The notes beneath the pieces are model-generated. The model saw nothing but the letters and a program-made list of their open reading frames with translations. It had not been told where the DNA came from and did not search any database. From NCBI GenBank assembly GCA_965140415.1, contig OZ223209.1, positions 3,552,001 to 3,616,000 of the forward strand: DNA of 64,000 bases. Reading direction: 5' to 3'. A program made the translations under genes and the position numbers. Of this stretch, positions 47,423 through 58,204 are shown piece by piece (within the stretch, counting starts at the first letter, position 1; every line of letters starts with the position of its first letter). This stretch comes from Myxococcota bacterium. Its GTDB lineage: Bacteria > Myxococcota_A > SURF-8.

Positions 47423-50143
47423 ATGCCGCAAACGTCGTTTGCCGACTCGTTTCACTCTCGTTCGACGTTGGATCTGGAAACAGGGAGCATCACCTATTTC
47501 CGTCTTCCTAAGCTGGAAGAGGACGGGCTGTTACAACTCTCCCGCCTGCCCTATTCCTGGCGTGTACTGCTTGAATTTCTTCTGCGCGGCGAAGACGGTT
47601 ATGTGGTGACAAAAGACGATGTCATGCGGCTCATCAATCAAGATCCTGCGTCTCCCGTCCGCAGTGAAATCGCGTTTAAGCCCTCCCGCGTGGTGTTACA
47701 GGATTTCACCGGTGTTCCCGCAGTAGTGGACCTGGCGGCATTGCGCTCGGCCATGCAACGACTTGGTGGCGACCCGCAGAAAATCAATCCGGAGATTCCG
47801 GTTGATCTGGTGATCGATCACAGCGTTCAAGTGGATGTCTTCGGCTCGACAGTGGCGCTACAACAGAATTCAGAAAAAGAATTCGAACGCAACAGGGAAC
47901 GCTACAGTTTCTTACGCTGGGGTCAAAATGCCTTCCAAAACCTGAGTGTCGTTCCACCCGCAAGCGGCATCGTACATCAAGTAAATTTGGAATACCTTGC
48001 CCGCGTAGTCCAAACGCGCAAGCAAAAAGGCGAAACCTTGATGTTCCCGGATTCACTGGTCGGCACCGACTCTCATACAACGATGATCAACGGACTGGGC
48101 GTATTAGGCTGGGGTGTTGGAGGCATCGAGGCGGAAGCGGTCATGCTGGGCCAACCGCTCTACCTTCTGATCCCGGAAGTAGTGGGAGTCAAACTGTCAG
48201 GGCGACTATCGGAAGGAGTTACCGCAACCGATCTGGTTTTGACCATTACCCAGATGCTGCGCGAAAAAGGCGTTGTGGAAAAATTCGTGGAGTTTTTCGG
48301 TCCCGGATTATCCGGAATGAGCCTGCCGGATCGGGCAACCATCGCAAACATGGCCCCCGAATACGGAGCGACCGTCGGATATTTTCCGGTAGACAAAGAA
48401 ACGCTGGATTATCTCCGTCGCACAGGCCGCCCGGAATCGCTGATCAAACAAGTGGAACAGTACATGCGCGCCCAGCAACTGTTCCGCACAGACGACAGCC
48501 CGGACCCGGTTTACGCGGATACACTGGAATTGGATCTCTCGACAGTCAAAAGCAGTCTGGCTGGACCCAAGCGTCCACAAGATCGAATTGAACTTGAAAA
48601 TGTCCATATTTCATTCCAAGAAGATCTGGACAAACCCTTGACAAGCCGTGGCTTCGGTTTGTCTGAAAATAGCCACAACCAAACCGCCAAAATTCAGCAT
48701 GCGGATGGGCAACAAGAAACGCTCGGCCATGGCTCGGTTGTAATTGCAGCGATTACAAGTTGCACCAACACCAGCAATCCATCGGTCATGCTCGCTGCGG
48801 GTCTACTGGCAAAAAAGGCGGTCGAGGCCGGTCTACAGGTGCCCCGCTACGTTAAGACCAGCTTGGCTCCGGGTTCACGTGTCGTCACCGATTATCTGGA
48901 TCGAGCGGGACTGACGCCCTATTTGGAGAAACTGGGTTTCTACACCGTCGGTTATGGATGCACCACCTGCATCGGCAATAGCGGTCCTTTGCCGGAAAAC
49001 GTTGCACAAGCCATTCAGGAAAACGACCTGATCGTTTCCGGAGTGCTCTCGGGCAATCGTAATTTCGAAGGCCGCATCAATCCATTGGTCAAAGCGAATT
49101 ATCTGGCTTCACCGCCATTGGTCGTCGCCTATGCGATTGCAGGAACGGTGAATCTGGATATCACAACGCAATCACTGGGAAAAACGATCAGTGGCGACGA
49201 TGTGTTCCTGAAAGACATCTGGCCGTCCAACGAGGAAATTCAGGCGCTGCTCAATAAGGCGTCAGATCCTGCCAGTCACAAAAAGCTGTATGAGGGTATC
49301 GAATCCAGTAACGCCGCATGGAATGACATTCCGGTTACGGAAGAGGCGGTTTACGAGTGGGACGAAAACAGCAGCTATATCCAAGAACCACCCTTTTTCA
49401 TGACGATCGGAGACGAAATCAAGCCGATTGAACCCATTCGGAAAGCACGCGCACTCGTTAAGGTCGGTCATTCCGTGACCACCGACCACATTAGTCCGGC
49501 AGGCGCGATTCCACTTGATAGCCCCACGGCAGAATATCTAAAAGCCAAGGGCATCAAACCTGTGGATTTCAATACCTACGGTTCACGGCGCGGAAACGAT
49601 CGCGTGATGACGCGCGGCACATTCGGCAACATTCGATTGAAAAACGAACTGGCTCCCGGCACTGAAGGCGGTTGGACCACCTACTTCCCGACCGACGAGC
49701 AGATGTCCATTTACGAGGCCGCCGAGAAATACAAACAGAGTGAAACCCCGACCGTCGTCATTGCAGGAAAAGACTACGGCATGGGCTCTAGTCGCGATTG
49801 GGCAGCCAAAGGCACCTACCTGCTTGGAGTGAAAGCCGTGATTGCAGAATCGTTCGAACGCATCCACCGTAGCAATCTTGTGGGAATGGGTGTACTGCCG
49901 CTACAGTTCAAAGCCGGGGAAACTGCGGAGTCACTGGGCATCACCGGAAGCGAAACCTTCCACATCGAAATCGACGACACACTGAAACCGGGACAACAGG
50001 TAACCGTAAAAGCCCGCTCGGCGGATGGTTGCACGATCACATTCCAAGCGCTGTGCCGAATCGACACACCGATTGAGACCGACTATTACCGCAACGGAGG
50101 CATCCTGCATACGGTACTACGAAACTTCCTGAAGCAATCGTAA
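47423..50143 (+). CDS. acnA: Aconitate hydratase AcnA
   Basis: [68 protein letters not shown]. Confidence 0.97.
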   Translation: MPQTSFADSFHSRSTLDLETGSITYFRLPKLEEDGLLQLSRLPYSWRVLLEFLLRGEDGYVVTKDDVMRLINQDPASPVRSEIAFKPSRVVLQDFTGVPAVVDLAALRSAMQRLGGDPQKINPEIPVDLVIDHSVQVDVFGSTVALQQNSEKEFERNRERYSFLRWGQNAFQNLSVVPPASGIVHQVNLEYLARVVQTRKQKGETLMFPDSLVGTDSHTTMINGLGVLGWGVGGIEAEAVMLGQPLYLLIPEVVGVKLSGRLSEGVTATDLVLTITQMLREKGVVEKFVEFFGPGLSGMSLPDRATIANMAPEYGATVGYFPVDKETLDYLRRTGRPESLIKQVEQYMRAQQLFRTDDSPDPVYADTLELDLSTVKSSLAGPKRPQDRIELENVHISFQEDLDKPLTSRGFGLSENSHNQTAKIQHADGQQETLGHGSVVIAAITSCTNTSNPSVMLAAGLLAKKAVEAGLQVPRYVKTSLAPGSRVVTDYLDRAGLTPYLEKLGFYTVGYGCTTCIGNSGPLPENVAQAIQENDLIVSGVLSGNRNFEGRINPLVKANYLASPPLVVAYAIAGTVNLDITTQSLGKTISGDDVFLKDIWPSNEEIQALLNKASDPASHKKLYEGIESSNAAWNDIPVTEEAVYEWDENSSYIQEPPFFMTIGDEIKPIEPIRKARALVKVGHSVTTDHISPAGAIPLDSPTAEYLKAKGIKPVDFNTYGSRRGNDRVMTRGTFGNIRLKNELAPGTEGGWTTYFPTDEQMSIYEAAEKYKQSETPTVVIAGKDYGMGSSRDWAAKGTYLLGVKAVIAESFERIHRSNLVGMGVLPLQFKAGETAESLGITGSETFHIEIDDTLKPGQQVTVKARSADGCTITFQALCRIDTPIETDYYRNGGILHTVLRNFLKQS

Positions 50144-50172
50144 GCACCAAATCACATTTTGAGACACCACAA

Positions 50173-50203
50173 GAAAACGGAGCCCATTAGCGGCTCCGTT
50201 TTC
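50173..50203. terminator. Bidirectional terminator between acnA and lpdA
   Basis: GAAAACGGAGCC-7 nt-GGCTCCGTTTTC. Confidence 0.8.
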
Positions 50204-50222
50204 ATTGGATGCAGTGATTCCA

Positions 50223-51620
50223 TTACCCGTGTATTGCTCGTTTATCAACGGCCAGCGCCGCTTCCTTCAACACTTCCGCCAACGTCGGATGGGCATGCGT
50301 CGTGCGGGCGATATCTTCCGTACTGGCGCTGAATTCCAAACCGAGCACGGCTTCGTGGATCAACTCGGAAGCATGCGGTCCGAGAATGTGAACACCCAAG
50401 ACTTTGTCGGTCTTCGCATCGGACACCACTTTCGTCAGGCCATCCGTTTCTGCCATGGTTTTGGCTCGGCCATTCGATTTGAAAAAGAATTTGCCGACTT
50501 TCACTTCATGACCTTTTTCCTTGGCCTCTTCTTCCGTCAGGCCGACCTGCGCCAGTTCCGGATGAGTGTACACCACGTTCGGAATGGTTCCGTAATTGAC
50601 ATGCCCCGCCTTTCCGGCGATCAACTCGACGACGGCAACACCTTCCTCACTGGCTTTATGCGCCAGCATTGGACCGACGACCACATCACCGATGGCGTAA
50701 ATGCCGGGGGTACTTGTCATATACTGTTCGTTCACCGGAATACGCCCGCGCTCGTCCCGTTGGATACCCACGCTTTCCAAGCCCAGGCCATCCGTAAATG
50801 GGCGTCGTCCCACAGCGACGAGTAGCTTGTCACCGCTGATTTCACTCTCCTTGTCCTTGGCGTCTTTCAGCGTTACCGTCACGCCCTCTTCGCTAACGGA
50901 AGCTTTCGTGACTTGCGTTTTCAAACGGATATCCAACCCCTGCTGCTTCAAGCTGCGTTGCAGCATTTGCGACAATTGCTTGTCGGCAAACGGAACCAGC
51001 ATCGGCATCATTTCAACAACGGTAACTTCCGCTCCCAATCGCCGCCACACAGAACCAAGCTCCAGCCCGATAGCACCACCACCGATGACAATCAAATGCT
51101 TGGGTACACGATCCAGCGAAAGCGCCTCGGTAGAGGAAATCACGGTTTCGCCATCGAAAGGAATATGCGGCAGTTCGACCGGAGCGCTGCCGGTGGCGAT
51201 CAGAATCGAATCCGCCTGCAACTCGACCGGTTTATCACCACCTTCAACCAGGACATTCTGACCACCAGTCAGTTTGGCCGTACCGTAAAAAACAGATACT
51301 TTGTTCTTTTTCAGCAGCAGTCCGATGCCTCCGGTCAGATCGCGCACGATTCCGGATTTTCGTTCCTGCATGGTCGCCACATCAATTTCCGGTGCTCCGG
51401 CATGAATGCCATGCTCGGACAGGCCGTCTTTCATGTGTGAAAACAGTTCGCTCGACTCCAACAGCGCTTTACTTGGAATGCAGCCCACGCGCAAGCAAGT
51501 ACCACCCAATACGGGCTCTTTTTCCACGATGGCCGCATTCAGCCCCAACTGTGCAGCGCGAATGGCTGCAACATATCCACCAGGCCCCGCTCCGATAATC
51601 ACCAGATCGAACTTCTCCAT
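50223..51620 (-). CDS. lpdA: Dihydrolipoyl dehydrogenase (E3)
   Basis: GAGPGGY, GGTCLRVGCIPSK, HAHPTLAE. Confidence 0.96.
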   Translation of the reverse strand: MEKFDLVIIGAGPGGYVAAIRAAQLGLNAAIVEKEPVLGGTCLRVGCIPSKALLESSELFSHMKDGLSEHGIHAGAPEIDVATMQERKSGIVRDLTGGIGLLLKKNKVSVFYGTAKLTGGQNVLVEGGDKPVELQADSILIATGSAPVELPHIPFDGETVISSTEALSLDRVPKHLIVIGGGAIGLELGSVWRRLGAEVTVVEMMPMLVPFADKQLSQMLQRSLKQQGLDIRLKTQVTKASVSEEGVTVTLKDAKDKESEISGDKLLVAVGRRPFTDGLGLESVGIQRDERGRIPVNEQYMTSTPGIYAIGDVVVGPMLAHKASEEGVAVVELIAGKAGHVNYGTIPNVVYTHPELAQVGLTEEEAKEKGHEVKVGKFFFKSNGRAKTMAETDGLTKVVSDAKTDKVLGVHILGPHASELIHEAVLGLEFSASTEDIARTTHAHPTLAEVLKEAALAVDKRAIHG

Positions 51621-51623
51621 TCT

Positions 51624-52976
51624 CTACACCTCCAGCATCATTCGTTCCGGGTTTTCCATGCACTCGACCACGCGCTTCAAGAAGGTCACGGCATCCTTTC
51701 CATCGACGATACGGTGATCGTAACTCAATGCAACGTACATCATGGGGCGGATCACGATCTGGTCGTCCACCACCACCGGACGTTTTTTTATACCATGCAG
51801 CCCTAAAATGCCACTTTGCGGTGGATTTAAAATCGGGGTGGACAACAACGAGCCGTAAACGCCACCATTGGAAATCGTGAATACACCGCCCGTCAGATCT
51901 TCAATGGACAACGTCCGATCCTTGGCTTTCTTCGCTAACTCCGCGATTCCACTCTCGATCCCGGCAAAGGACAAGCGGTCGCAATCGCGCAGAACCGGCA
52001 CGATCAAGCCCTTTTCCGTGCCGACTGCCACCCCGACATCGTAAAAATGATTCTGCACGATCTCTTCGCCATCGATCTGCGCATTCAACGACGGAACGGT
52101 CTGCAAGGCATCCACCACCGCCTTGACGAAGAACGACATGAAACCCAATCGTACTCCATGTTGCTTTTCGAAGTAGTCTTTAAAACGGCTGCGCATGGCC
52201 ATTACGTTGGTCATATCCAACTCGTTGAAAGTCGTCAAGATCGCGGCGGTATGCTGCGCTTCAACCAACCTCTCGGCTATGCGGGAGCGCAAACGGGACA
52301 TCTTCTTGCGCGTCTGCCGAGGTTGCCCTGACGGATGCGACTCCGAAACAACCGCCTTTGGCGATGCCATAGGACTGGGTTTGGCAGGCGCGACTTCCGC
52401 CGGTTTCGTAGCAGAAGCAGATGCTTGCTGGACAATCTCGGAAGAGGATTCACGCTGATCCAGATACGCCTGAACATCCTGCTTGGTCAGTCTTCCATCT
52501 TTTCCGCTGCCTTGAATATCACCGGCCTGCAAACGATGTTCCTGCAACATCCGCCTCACTGCCGGACTGAGCGTCTCCAGGTTCGGATCCTGCTCCAGTT
52601 TGTCACGAAGTTGCGGCATACCCGCAGGCGGACTTAGTGGCGGCGGCTCTTTCTCTTGAATGGGCACGGAGTCCGATTCCTTTGTGGAAGAAGAAGAAGC
52701 CGAAACCACCGTTTCCTCAGCCGTCGTTTTGGCAGCCTCCGCACTCGTATCCAATTGGCCCACCACCTGACCGATGCTCACAAGTTCTCCCTCTGGAACC
52801 AGGATATGAAGACGACCATCCTGCTGAGCGACTACTTCCATCGTGATCTTATCGGTTTCCAACTCGTACAGAGCTTCGTCCTCGCCAACCTGCGCGCCTT
52901 CGCTTTGCAACCATTTGACGAGCGTTCCTTCTGTGATCGACTCTCCGACTTCTGGCACCACAATATCCACCAACAT
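51624..52976 (-). CDS. sucB: 2-oxoglutarate dehydrogenase E2 (dihydrolipoyl succinyltransferase)
   Basis: Lipoyl domain ETDKIT, E3-binding GSGKDGRLTKQD, catalytic SYDHRIVDG. Confidence 0.95.
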   Translation of the reverse strand: MLVDIVVPEVGESITEGTLVKWLQSEGAQVGEDEALYELETDKITMEVVAQQDGRLHILVPEGELVSIGQVVGQLDTSAEAAKTTAEETVVSASSSSTKESDSVPIQEKEPPPLSPPAGMPQLRDKLEQDPNLETLSPAVRRMLQEHRLQAGDIQGSGKDGRLTKQDVQAYLDQRESSSEIVQQASASATKPAEVAPAKPSPMASPKAVVSESHPSGQPRQTRKKMSRLRSRIAERLVEAQHTAAILTTFNELDMTNVMAMRSRFKDYFEKQHGVRLGFMSFFVKAVVDALQTVPSLNAQIDGEEIVQNHFYDVGVAVGTEKGLIVPVLRDCDRLSFAGIESGIAELAKKAKDRTLSIEDLTGGVFTISNGGVYGSLLSTPILNPPQSGILGLHGIKKRPVVVDDQIVIRPMMYVALSYDHRIVDGKDAVTFLKRVVECMENPERMMLEV

Positions 52977-53017
52977 GGTAACGACTCTCCTTTGCTATGA
53001 GTAGCATTTTGCGTTCC

Positions 53018-55756
53018 CTATCCTTCAAATGCTTTTCGTACGAGTTCTTCCTGTTCTTTTCGATGCTTCGAGAGCGACCCGACCGCCGGACTAGCAGACG
53101 CGGGACGACTGACCAGGTGTAACGGACGATCCGGGAAATGAGCCGCCAGCAATCCATGCATGAAGTTCCACCCTCCCCTGTTCATCGGTTCTTCCTGCGC
53201 CCAGACCACCGACTTCACGTTTCGATAGCGCCGGGCGATCGGAGCGAAAGCGGCATCGTTAAAGGGATAAAGCTGCTCGATACGAAGGATCGCACTATCG
53301 GTGTCTTTTAGGGTTTCACGATGCTTCACGAGGTCGTAATAAAGCTTACCGCTGGTCAGAATCAAATGCTTCGGACGCTCAGGAGCGTGTGAATCATCCA
53401 AGAATTCCTGAAAACGCCCCTGTGTGAAATCCGAAATCGGCGACAGCGCCGCCGGATGTCTCAACAGGCTTTTAGGAGCCATGATAATCAGAGGACGGCG
53501 GAAAGGACGCATCATCTGGCGTCTGAGCAAATGGAAATATTGCGCCGGAGTGGTGACATTGCACACCTGAAGGTTATTATCCGCACAGGCGGTCAGGTAG
53601 CGTTCCAGATAGGCGTTGGAATGCTCCGGCCCCTGCCCCTCGAAACCATGCGGCAATAACAGCACGAGCCCGCTGCTGCGTTGCCATTTGGATAGCGCCC
53701 CGGCGATAAATTGATCCAGAATCACCTGCGCCCCATTGACGAAATCTCCAAACTGCGCCTCCCAAAGAATCAACATACGCGGCTCGGCCAGTGAATAGCC
53801 GTAATCGAAACCCAAAACCGCCGCCTCGGAAAGCAGACTGTTGTACACGCAGAAATGCGCCTGATCGTTTGAAATGTGATTGAGCGGCTTGTAATGCTGC
53901 TGCGTACGCCCGTCTACCCATACGGCATGCCGCTGTGAAAAGGTACCACGCGCGCTGTCCTGCCCGCTCAAGCGAACGGGAACCCCATCTTTAAGTAAGG
54001 TTCCAAAAGCAAGTTGCTCGGCCAGCGCCCAATCGATTTCTCCCTCCAACTCGATCCGCTCCAACTTGTCCGGCAACTTCTGTGCAATCTTGCGATTGAG
54101 TTGGAATCCATCCGGAATGCCCGTCAGCGCCCGGCCTACGGTCAGCAAATCGGATTTACTTACCGCAGTGTTCACCGGATCGTGTGAGAAAGGATTTTCA
54201 AGCCCTTTCCACAGGCCAGAAAAGGCATGCTGCTCCTGCTCCACCTCACCCTCTTTTGCCAGACCGAAAGCCTCCTTAAGCCGTTTACGGACGTTTTGTT
54301 CCTGCTTCTTCGCTTCCGCTTCAGCTATCACCTCGACTTCAACCAACGAGTTTTCATAAAGCTTTCGAACGGAAGGACGCTTTCGAATCTGCTCGTACAT
54401 CAAAGGCTGCGTAAACGCGGGATCATCGGCCTCGTTGTGGCCGTGGCGTCGATAACAGACCATATCCACGACCACGTCACGCTGGAAACGCTGTCGAAAA
54501 TCAAGCGCCATTTCCATCACGTATACAACCGCTTCAGGATCATCGCCATTCACATGAAAAATCGGCGCTTCGATCATCTTGGCGACATCGGTCGTATACA
54601 CCGAAGAGCGCGCCTCTTCGGGCAGGGCCGTAAATCCGATCTGGTTGTTGATGATGAAATGGATGGTCCCCCCGGTACGGTAGCCAGGCAACTGGGAAAG
54701 ATTCAACGTTTCAGCAACGATGCCCTGACCGGCGAATCCGGCGTCGCCATGAATGATGACAGGAAGCACCGTGCTGCGTCGTTCGGTATCGTTGCGTTGC
54801 CTCTGTTTTGCACGGGCGCGCCCCTCTACCACCGGATTGACAGCCTCTAGGTGAGAAGGGTTGCTTGTCAAACTGAGATGAATCGAGCGCCCATAGCGAT
54901 TCTTGTAATCCGAGCTATAACCGCGATGATACTTGACGTCGCCTGCACCATAGACCGTTTCAGGCATGTAGTTGTCTTCAAATTCGGAAAATATCATCCG
55001 AATCGATTTATTTAGAATATTGGCCAGAAAATTCAGCCGTCCACGATGGGGCATGCCGAAAACGATTTCCGCCACGCCAGCCTCCGGTGCCGCCTCCACC
55101 AGCGCATGCATCGCGGGAATCATCGTTTCCGCGCCTTCCAGCGAGAAACGTTTCTGACCGGGGTAGTGAGTGTGAAGGAAATTCTCGAACAATTCGGCAT
55201 CCGTCAGGTTTTTCAGGATTCCCAGCCTCTTGTCGGTATCGAATTCAGGCCGGTTTCGAGTTCCTTCCATGCGTTGCTGTAACCAGTTCTTGATTTCCCG
55301 GTCCTGTATGTGCATGTATTCCACACCGATGTGCCCGCAATAAGTCTGCTGCAAGACATCCAAAATATCCTGCAATGGCGCGCGACTGGGAGCCACAAGC
55401 GTCCCGGTATTGAACACCTGATCCAAATCGGAGGAAGAAAATCCGAAATCGCTCGGCTCCAGGTTCGTTTGCGCGATCGGAACGTCTGAAAGGGGATTCT
55501 GCTTCGCCAGCAGGTGCCCTTCACAACGATAGGCGGCAATCAGGGCGTTGATCTGAGACTGCTTTTCCGCCTGCTCGGCGGCCACACACTTATGGGGACA
55601 CATCGCCAGTTCGAATCCCTGGAAAAAGATCCGCCAGGATTCCGGCAGCGCATCTGGATTTTGTTGATAGATTTCGTACAGCTCTTCTATGTAATCGGCA
55701 TTGCGAAAGGCAGAAGCGACAGAAGGCAAACGATTGGATGGATGATCGACGGACAA
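53018..55756 (-). CDS. sucA: 2-oxoglutarate dehydrogenase E1
   Basis: KRFSLEG, GMPHRGRLN, GDVKYH, NPSHLE, HGDAGFAGQG, WEAQFGDF, GPEHS. Confidence 0.96.
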   Translation of the reverse strand: MSVDHPSNRLPSVASAFRNADYIEELYEIYQQNPDALPESWRIFFQGFELAMCPHKCVAAEQAEKQSQINALIAAYRCEGHLLAKQNPLSDVPIAQTNLEPSDFGFSSSDLDQVFNTGTLVAPSRAPLQDILDVLQQTYCGHIGVEYMHIQDREIKNWLQQRMEGTRNRPEFDTDKRLGILKNLTDAELFENFLHTHYPGQKRFSLEGAETMIPAMHALVEAAPEAGVAEIVFGMPHRGRLNFLANILNKSIRMIFSEFEDNYMPETVYGAGDVKYHRGYSSDYKNRYGRSIHLSLTSNPSHLEAVNPVVEGRARAKQRQRNDTERRSTVLPVIIHGDAGFAGQGIVAETLNLSQLPGYRTGGTIHFIINNQIGFTALPEEARSSVYTTDVAKMIEAPIFHVNGDDPEAVVYVMEMALDFRQRFQRDVVVDMVCYRRHGHNEADDPAFTQPLMYEQIRKRPSVRKLYENSLVEVEVIAEAEAKKQEQNVRKRLKEAFGLAKEGEVEQEQHAFSGLWKGLENPFSHDPVNTAVSKSDLLTVGRALTGIPDGFQLNRKIAQKLPDKLERIELEGEIDWALAEQLAFGTLLKDGVPVRLSGQDSARGTFSQRHAVWVDGRTQQHYKPLNHISNDQAHFCVYNSLLSEAAVLGFDYGYSLAEPRMLILWEAQFGDFVNGAQVILDQFIAGALSKWQRSSGLVLLLPHGFEGQGPEHSNAYLERYLTACADNNLQVCNVTTPAQYFHLLRRQMMRPFRRPLIIMAPKSLLRHPAALSPISDFTQGRFQEFLDDSHAPERPKHLILTSGKLYYDLVKHRETLKDTDSAILRIEQLYPFNDAAFAPIARRYRNVKSVVWAQEEPMNRGGWNFMHGLLAAHFPDRPLHLVSRPASASPAVGSLSKHRKEQEELVRKAFEG

Positions 55757-55966
55757 GGCAATTCTCCTTTGATGGGAACCGTGCTATAACCCAGTCGATG
55801 AGCCGGGACTTTTACATTGGAGGGAATACGATAGGCGGGTTATTCCAACTTCCGCTTGAAAAACGGGAACTTGTACATCAGATCACAAGCTAGAGAGAAC
55901 TGCCAAGTATGAAAGCGCATCCGTTTTATATAGGCAGATGAAACAGTACGGAAATAACTTTCCCTG

Positions 55967-56896
55967 TTACAGTTCGATTTCCAACTTGGAGATGGTATCT
56001 TCTACTAATGCGGCGGATTTTCGAAGCTGCTCCACCCAACGATCGGCGATAGGGATTTCGAATACTTTCACGATGCCTTCTTTTCCCAGCAGCGCCGGAA
56101 CACCCATGAAATAACCCTTGATGCCGTACTCGCCGCGCAGATAGGCAGCAACCGGCAGAATACGTCGCTGATCCTTGATAATACTCTGAACCATTTCTAC
56201 CACCGAGGCCGCAGGGGCATAAAACGCGCTGCCGGTTTTCAGGTGTCCAACAATTTCCCCGCCGCCCTGGCGTGTACGCACCACAATCTCTTCCAGTCGT
56301 TTGGGCTCGATCAATTCCGGAACTGGAATTCCATGAACGACCGAATATTCCGGCAAAGGCACCATCTCGTCACCATGGCCACCCAGCACCAGCGATTGCA
56401 CCTCCTGCGGGGAGACATTCAACTCCTGAGCGATGAACGTGCGGAAACGAGTGGAATCCAGCACGCCCGCCATCCCCATCACACGCCGAATGCCGAAACC
56501 GGTGATTTTCCAAGCTACGTAAGTCATAATGTCCAACGGATTGGTAACCACGATCACAATGGCATTAGGAGCATACGTGGCGATGTTCTCGGACACACTT
56601 TTAATGATTCCTGCGTTTTTATTCAGCAAATCTTCACGGGTCATTCCCGGTTTGCGAGGCAATCCGGCAGTCACGACAACCACATCGGAGCCTTCCATTG
56701 CGGCATATTCATTCGCGCCGACGACCATGACATGATGATCGCCCAATGCCTCGCAATGCATGGCGTCCAAAGCCTTGGCCTGCGGCATACCCTGCTGAAT
56801 ATCGATCATGACCACATCGGCCAGGTTGCGCTCGGCAATATAATACGTGGCGGTGGCGCCGACGTTTCCACTTCCAACTATGGTGACTTTTGGCAT
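55967..56896 (-). CDS. mdh: Malate dehydrogenase (LDH-like), canonical copy
   Basis: GSGNVG, TAGLPRKPGMTREDL, TNPLD, GVLDSTRF, GGHGD, GSAFYAP; GGAGG RBS before ATG 56896. Confidence 0.92.
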   Translation of the reverse strand: MPKVTIVGSGNVGATATYYIAERNLADVVMIDIQQGMPQAKALDAMHCEALGDHHVMVVGANEYAAMEGSDVVVVTAGLPRKPGMTREDLLNKNAGIIKSVSENIATYAPNAIVIVVTNPLDIMTYVAWKITGFGIRRVMGMAGVLDSTRFRTFIAQELNVSPQEVQSLVLGGHGDEMVPLPEYSVVHGIPVPELIEPKRLEEIVVRTRQGGGEIVGHLKTGSAFYAPAASVVEMVQSIIKDQRRILPVAAYLRGEYGIKGYFMGVPALLGKEGIVKVFEIPIADRWVEQLRKSAALVEDTISKLEIEL

Positions 56897-56912
56897 GGGT
56901 TGGGCCTCCGAC

Positions 56913-57839
56913 TTAAACGATTTCAGATAAATACGGTGCATAGCGCTCCATAGAGCGCTGTAATGCCTGCCGCTGCTGTTCTGTCAATTCCAGCGGATAA
57001 ATCTGCTGAATGCCATTTCTGCCAATGCGAACCGGAAGACTAAGGCAAGCATTTTCAAGCCCGTATTCTCCCTGCAACTGTACCGAAACGGAATAGATGC
57101 GATTGGAATCATTCGCGATGGCGTCCGCCAGCAATCCCGCAGCCGCACCCGGCGTATAAAAGCTGCCTTGTATCTTTGCCAGATCTACAATCTGACTGCC
57201 TGCGGAAACCGTTTGACTGAAAAGCTGATCGATTTTAGTACGAGAAAGAAACTGGCTAAGCGGCAATCCGGAAACACGACAGTAATGCTCCAGAATCACC
57301 ATGTCATCATCGTGAGAACCAATGACCATCGCATTAATGTCTGTGGTGCTTACATTCAGTTCGCGTGCGATAAAATGTTTCAATCGCGCACTCGACAAAA
57401 CACCGCCCACACCCATGACTCTTTCTCTTGACCACCCCGTATATTTCAGCAAAGCAGCAGTCATCAAGTCGACAGGCTCAGTCAATACGATTGCCAAAGG
57501 AGGATTCGTTGAGCGACATCCATCTTTCAACGAATTTGCGACCTCTTTGATAATCGGTAAATTCTGCTTGAAAAGATCGAGCCGATTCATGGAGGACTTC
57601 CTTGGATGACCGGCAGCGATGATGAACAGGTCGCGATCAAGAAGATCCGAGAACTGATCCGTTCCTTCAATACGGCGATCGTAACGCCGTAAAGGCGCCG
57701 CTTCGACCAGATCCAGGGCTTTACCTTTGGCACGTCCCTCCACTACGTCATAGAGCAGCACTTCTCCCGAGCCATGCTCCGCAATGGAAAAAGCCGTGGT
57801 GATCCCCACATTCCCGCTACCGATGATTCCAATTTTCAT
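56913..57839 (-). CDS. Malate dehydrogenase-like paralogue with altered active site
   Basis: GSGNVG and AAGHPRKSSMNRLDL present, but TEPVD, GVLSSARL and GSHDD replace the canonical TNPLD, GVLDSxR and GGHGD. Confidence 0.85.
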   Translation of the reverse strand: MKIGIIGSGNVGITTAFSIAEHGSGEVLLYDVVEGRAKGKALDLVEAAPLRRYDRRIEGTDQFSDLLDRDLFIIAAGHPRKSSMNRLDLFKQNLPIIKEVANSLKDGCRSTNPPLAIVLTEPVDLMTAALLKYTGWSRERVMGVGGVLSSARLKHFIARELNVSTTDINAMVIGSHDDDMVILEHYCRVSGLPLSQFLSRTKIDQLFSQTVSAGSQIVDLAKIQGSFYTPGAAAGLLADAIANDSNRIYSVSVQLQGEYGLENACLSLPVRIGRNGIQQIYPLELTEQQRQALQRSMERYAPYLSEIV

Positions 57840-57889
57840 CAGTCGCTCCCTTGCTTTGAAGTTCGATAGTTTCAATCCGTTTACAGTTA

Positions 57890-57918
57890 TTGGAAATCGT
57901 GACAAATCGTGTTAGCAT
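57890..57918 (+). promoter_or_regulatory. Candidate sigma70 (extended -10) promoter pointing toward icd
   Basis: TTGGAA-17 nt-TAGCAT with TG at the extended -10 position. Confidence 0.4.
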
Positions 57919-58204
57919 GCGCGCGTTGTCGAAAGCTGAACGATTCGGGGTGCACTGGAAAAAGTCCATTGGTTTTTCTCTTATGAGAAAGAAGCAACCC
58001 CGGAATTTCATGTCACGATTCCGTTCACCTTTTCGAAATAGACAGATGCCTAAAACGCATCAATCATTCCAAAGAAACGTTTTCCGGGTTTGCCAATACG
58101 TTCTTTTGGAAAAGGAAACGAAACTCACTTAATGAAAACTGGCATTTAGAAAGAAATTTGACAACACGAAAATCCTATAATTTCTATTACTTGGGAGGTT
58201 ATCT

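Noticed and set aside
57895-58020. TCGTGA/TCACGA sites as Rex operators
   Set aside because: Only half-sites are present; no TTGTGA-N6-TCACAA-like palindrome.
58158-58181. TTGACA...TATAAT upstream of icd as a consensus promoter
   Set aside because: The spacer is only 12 nt, incompatible with a single sigma70 promoter.
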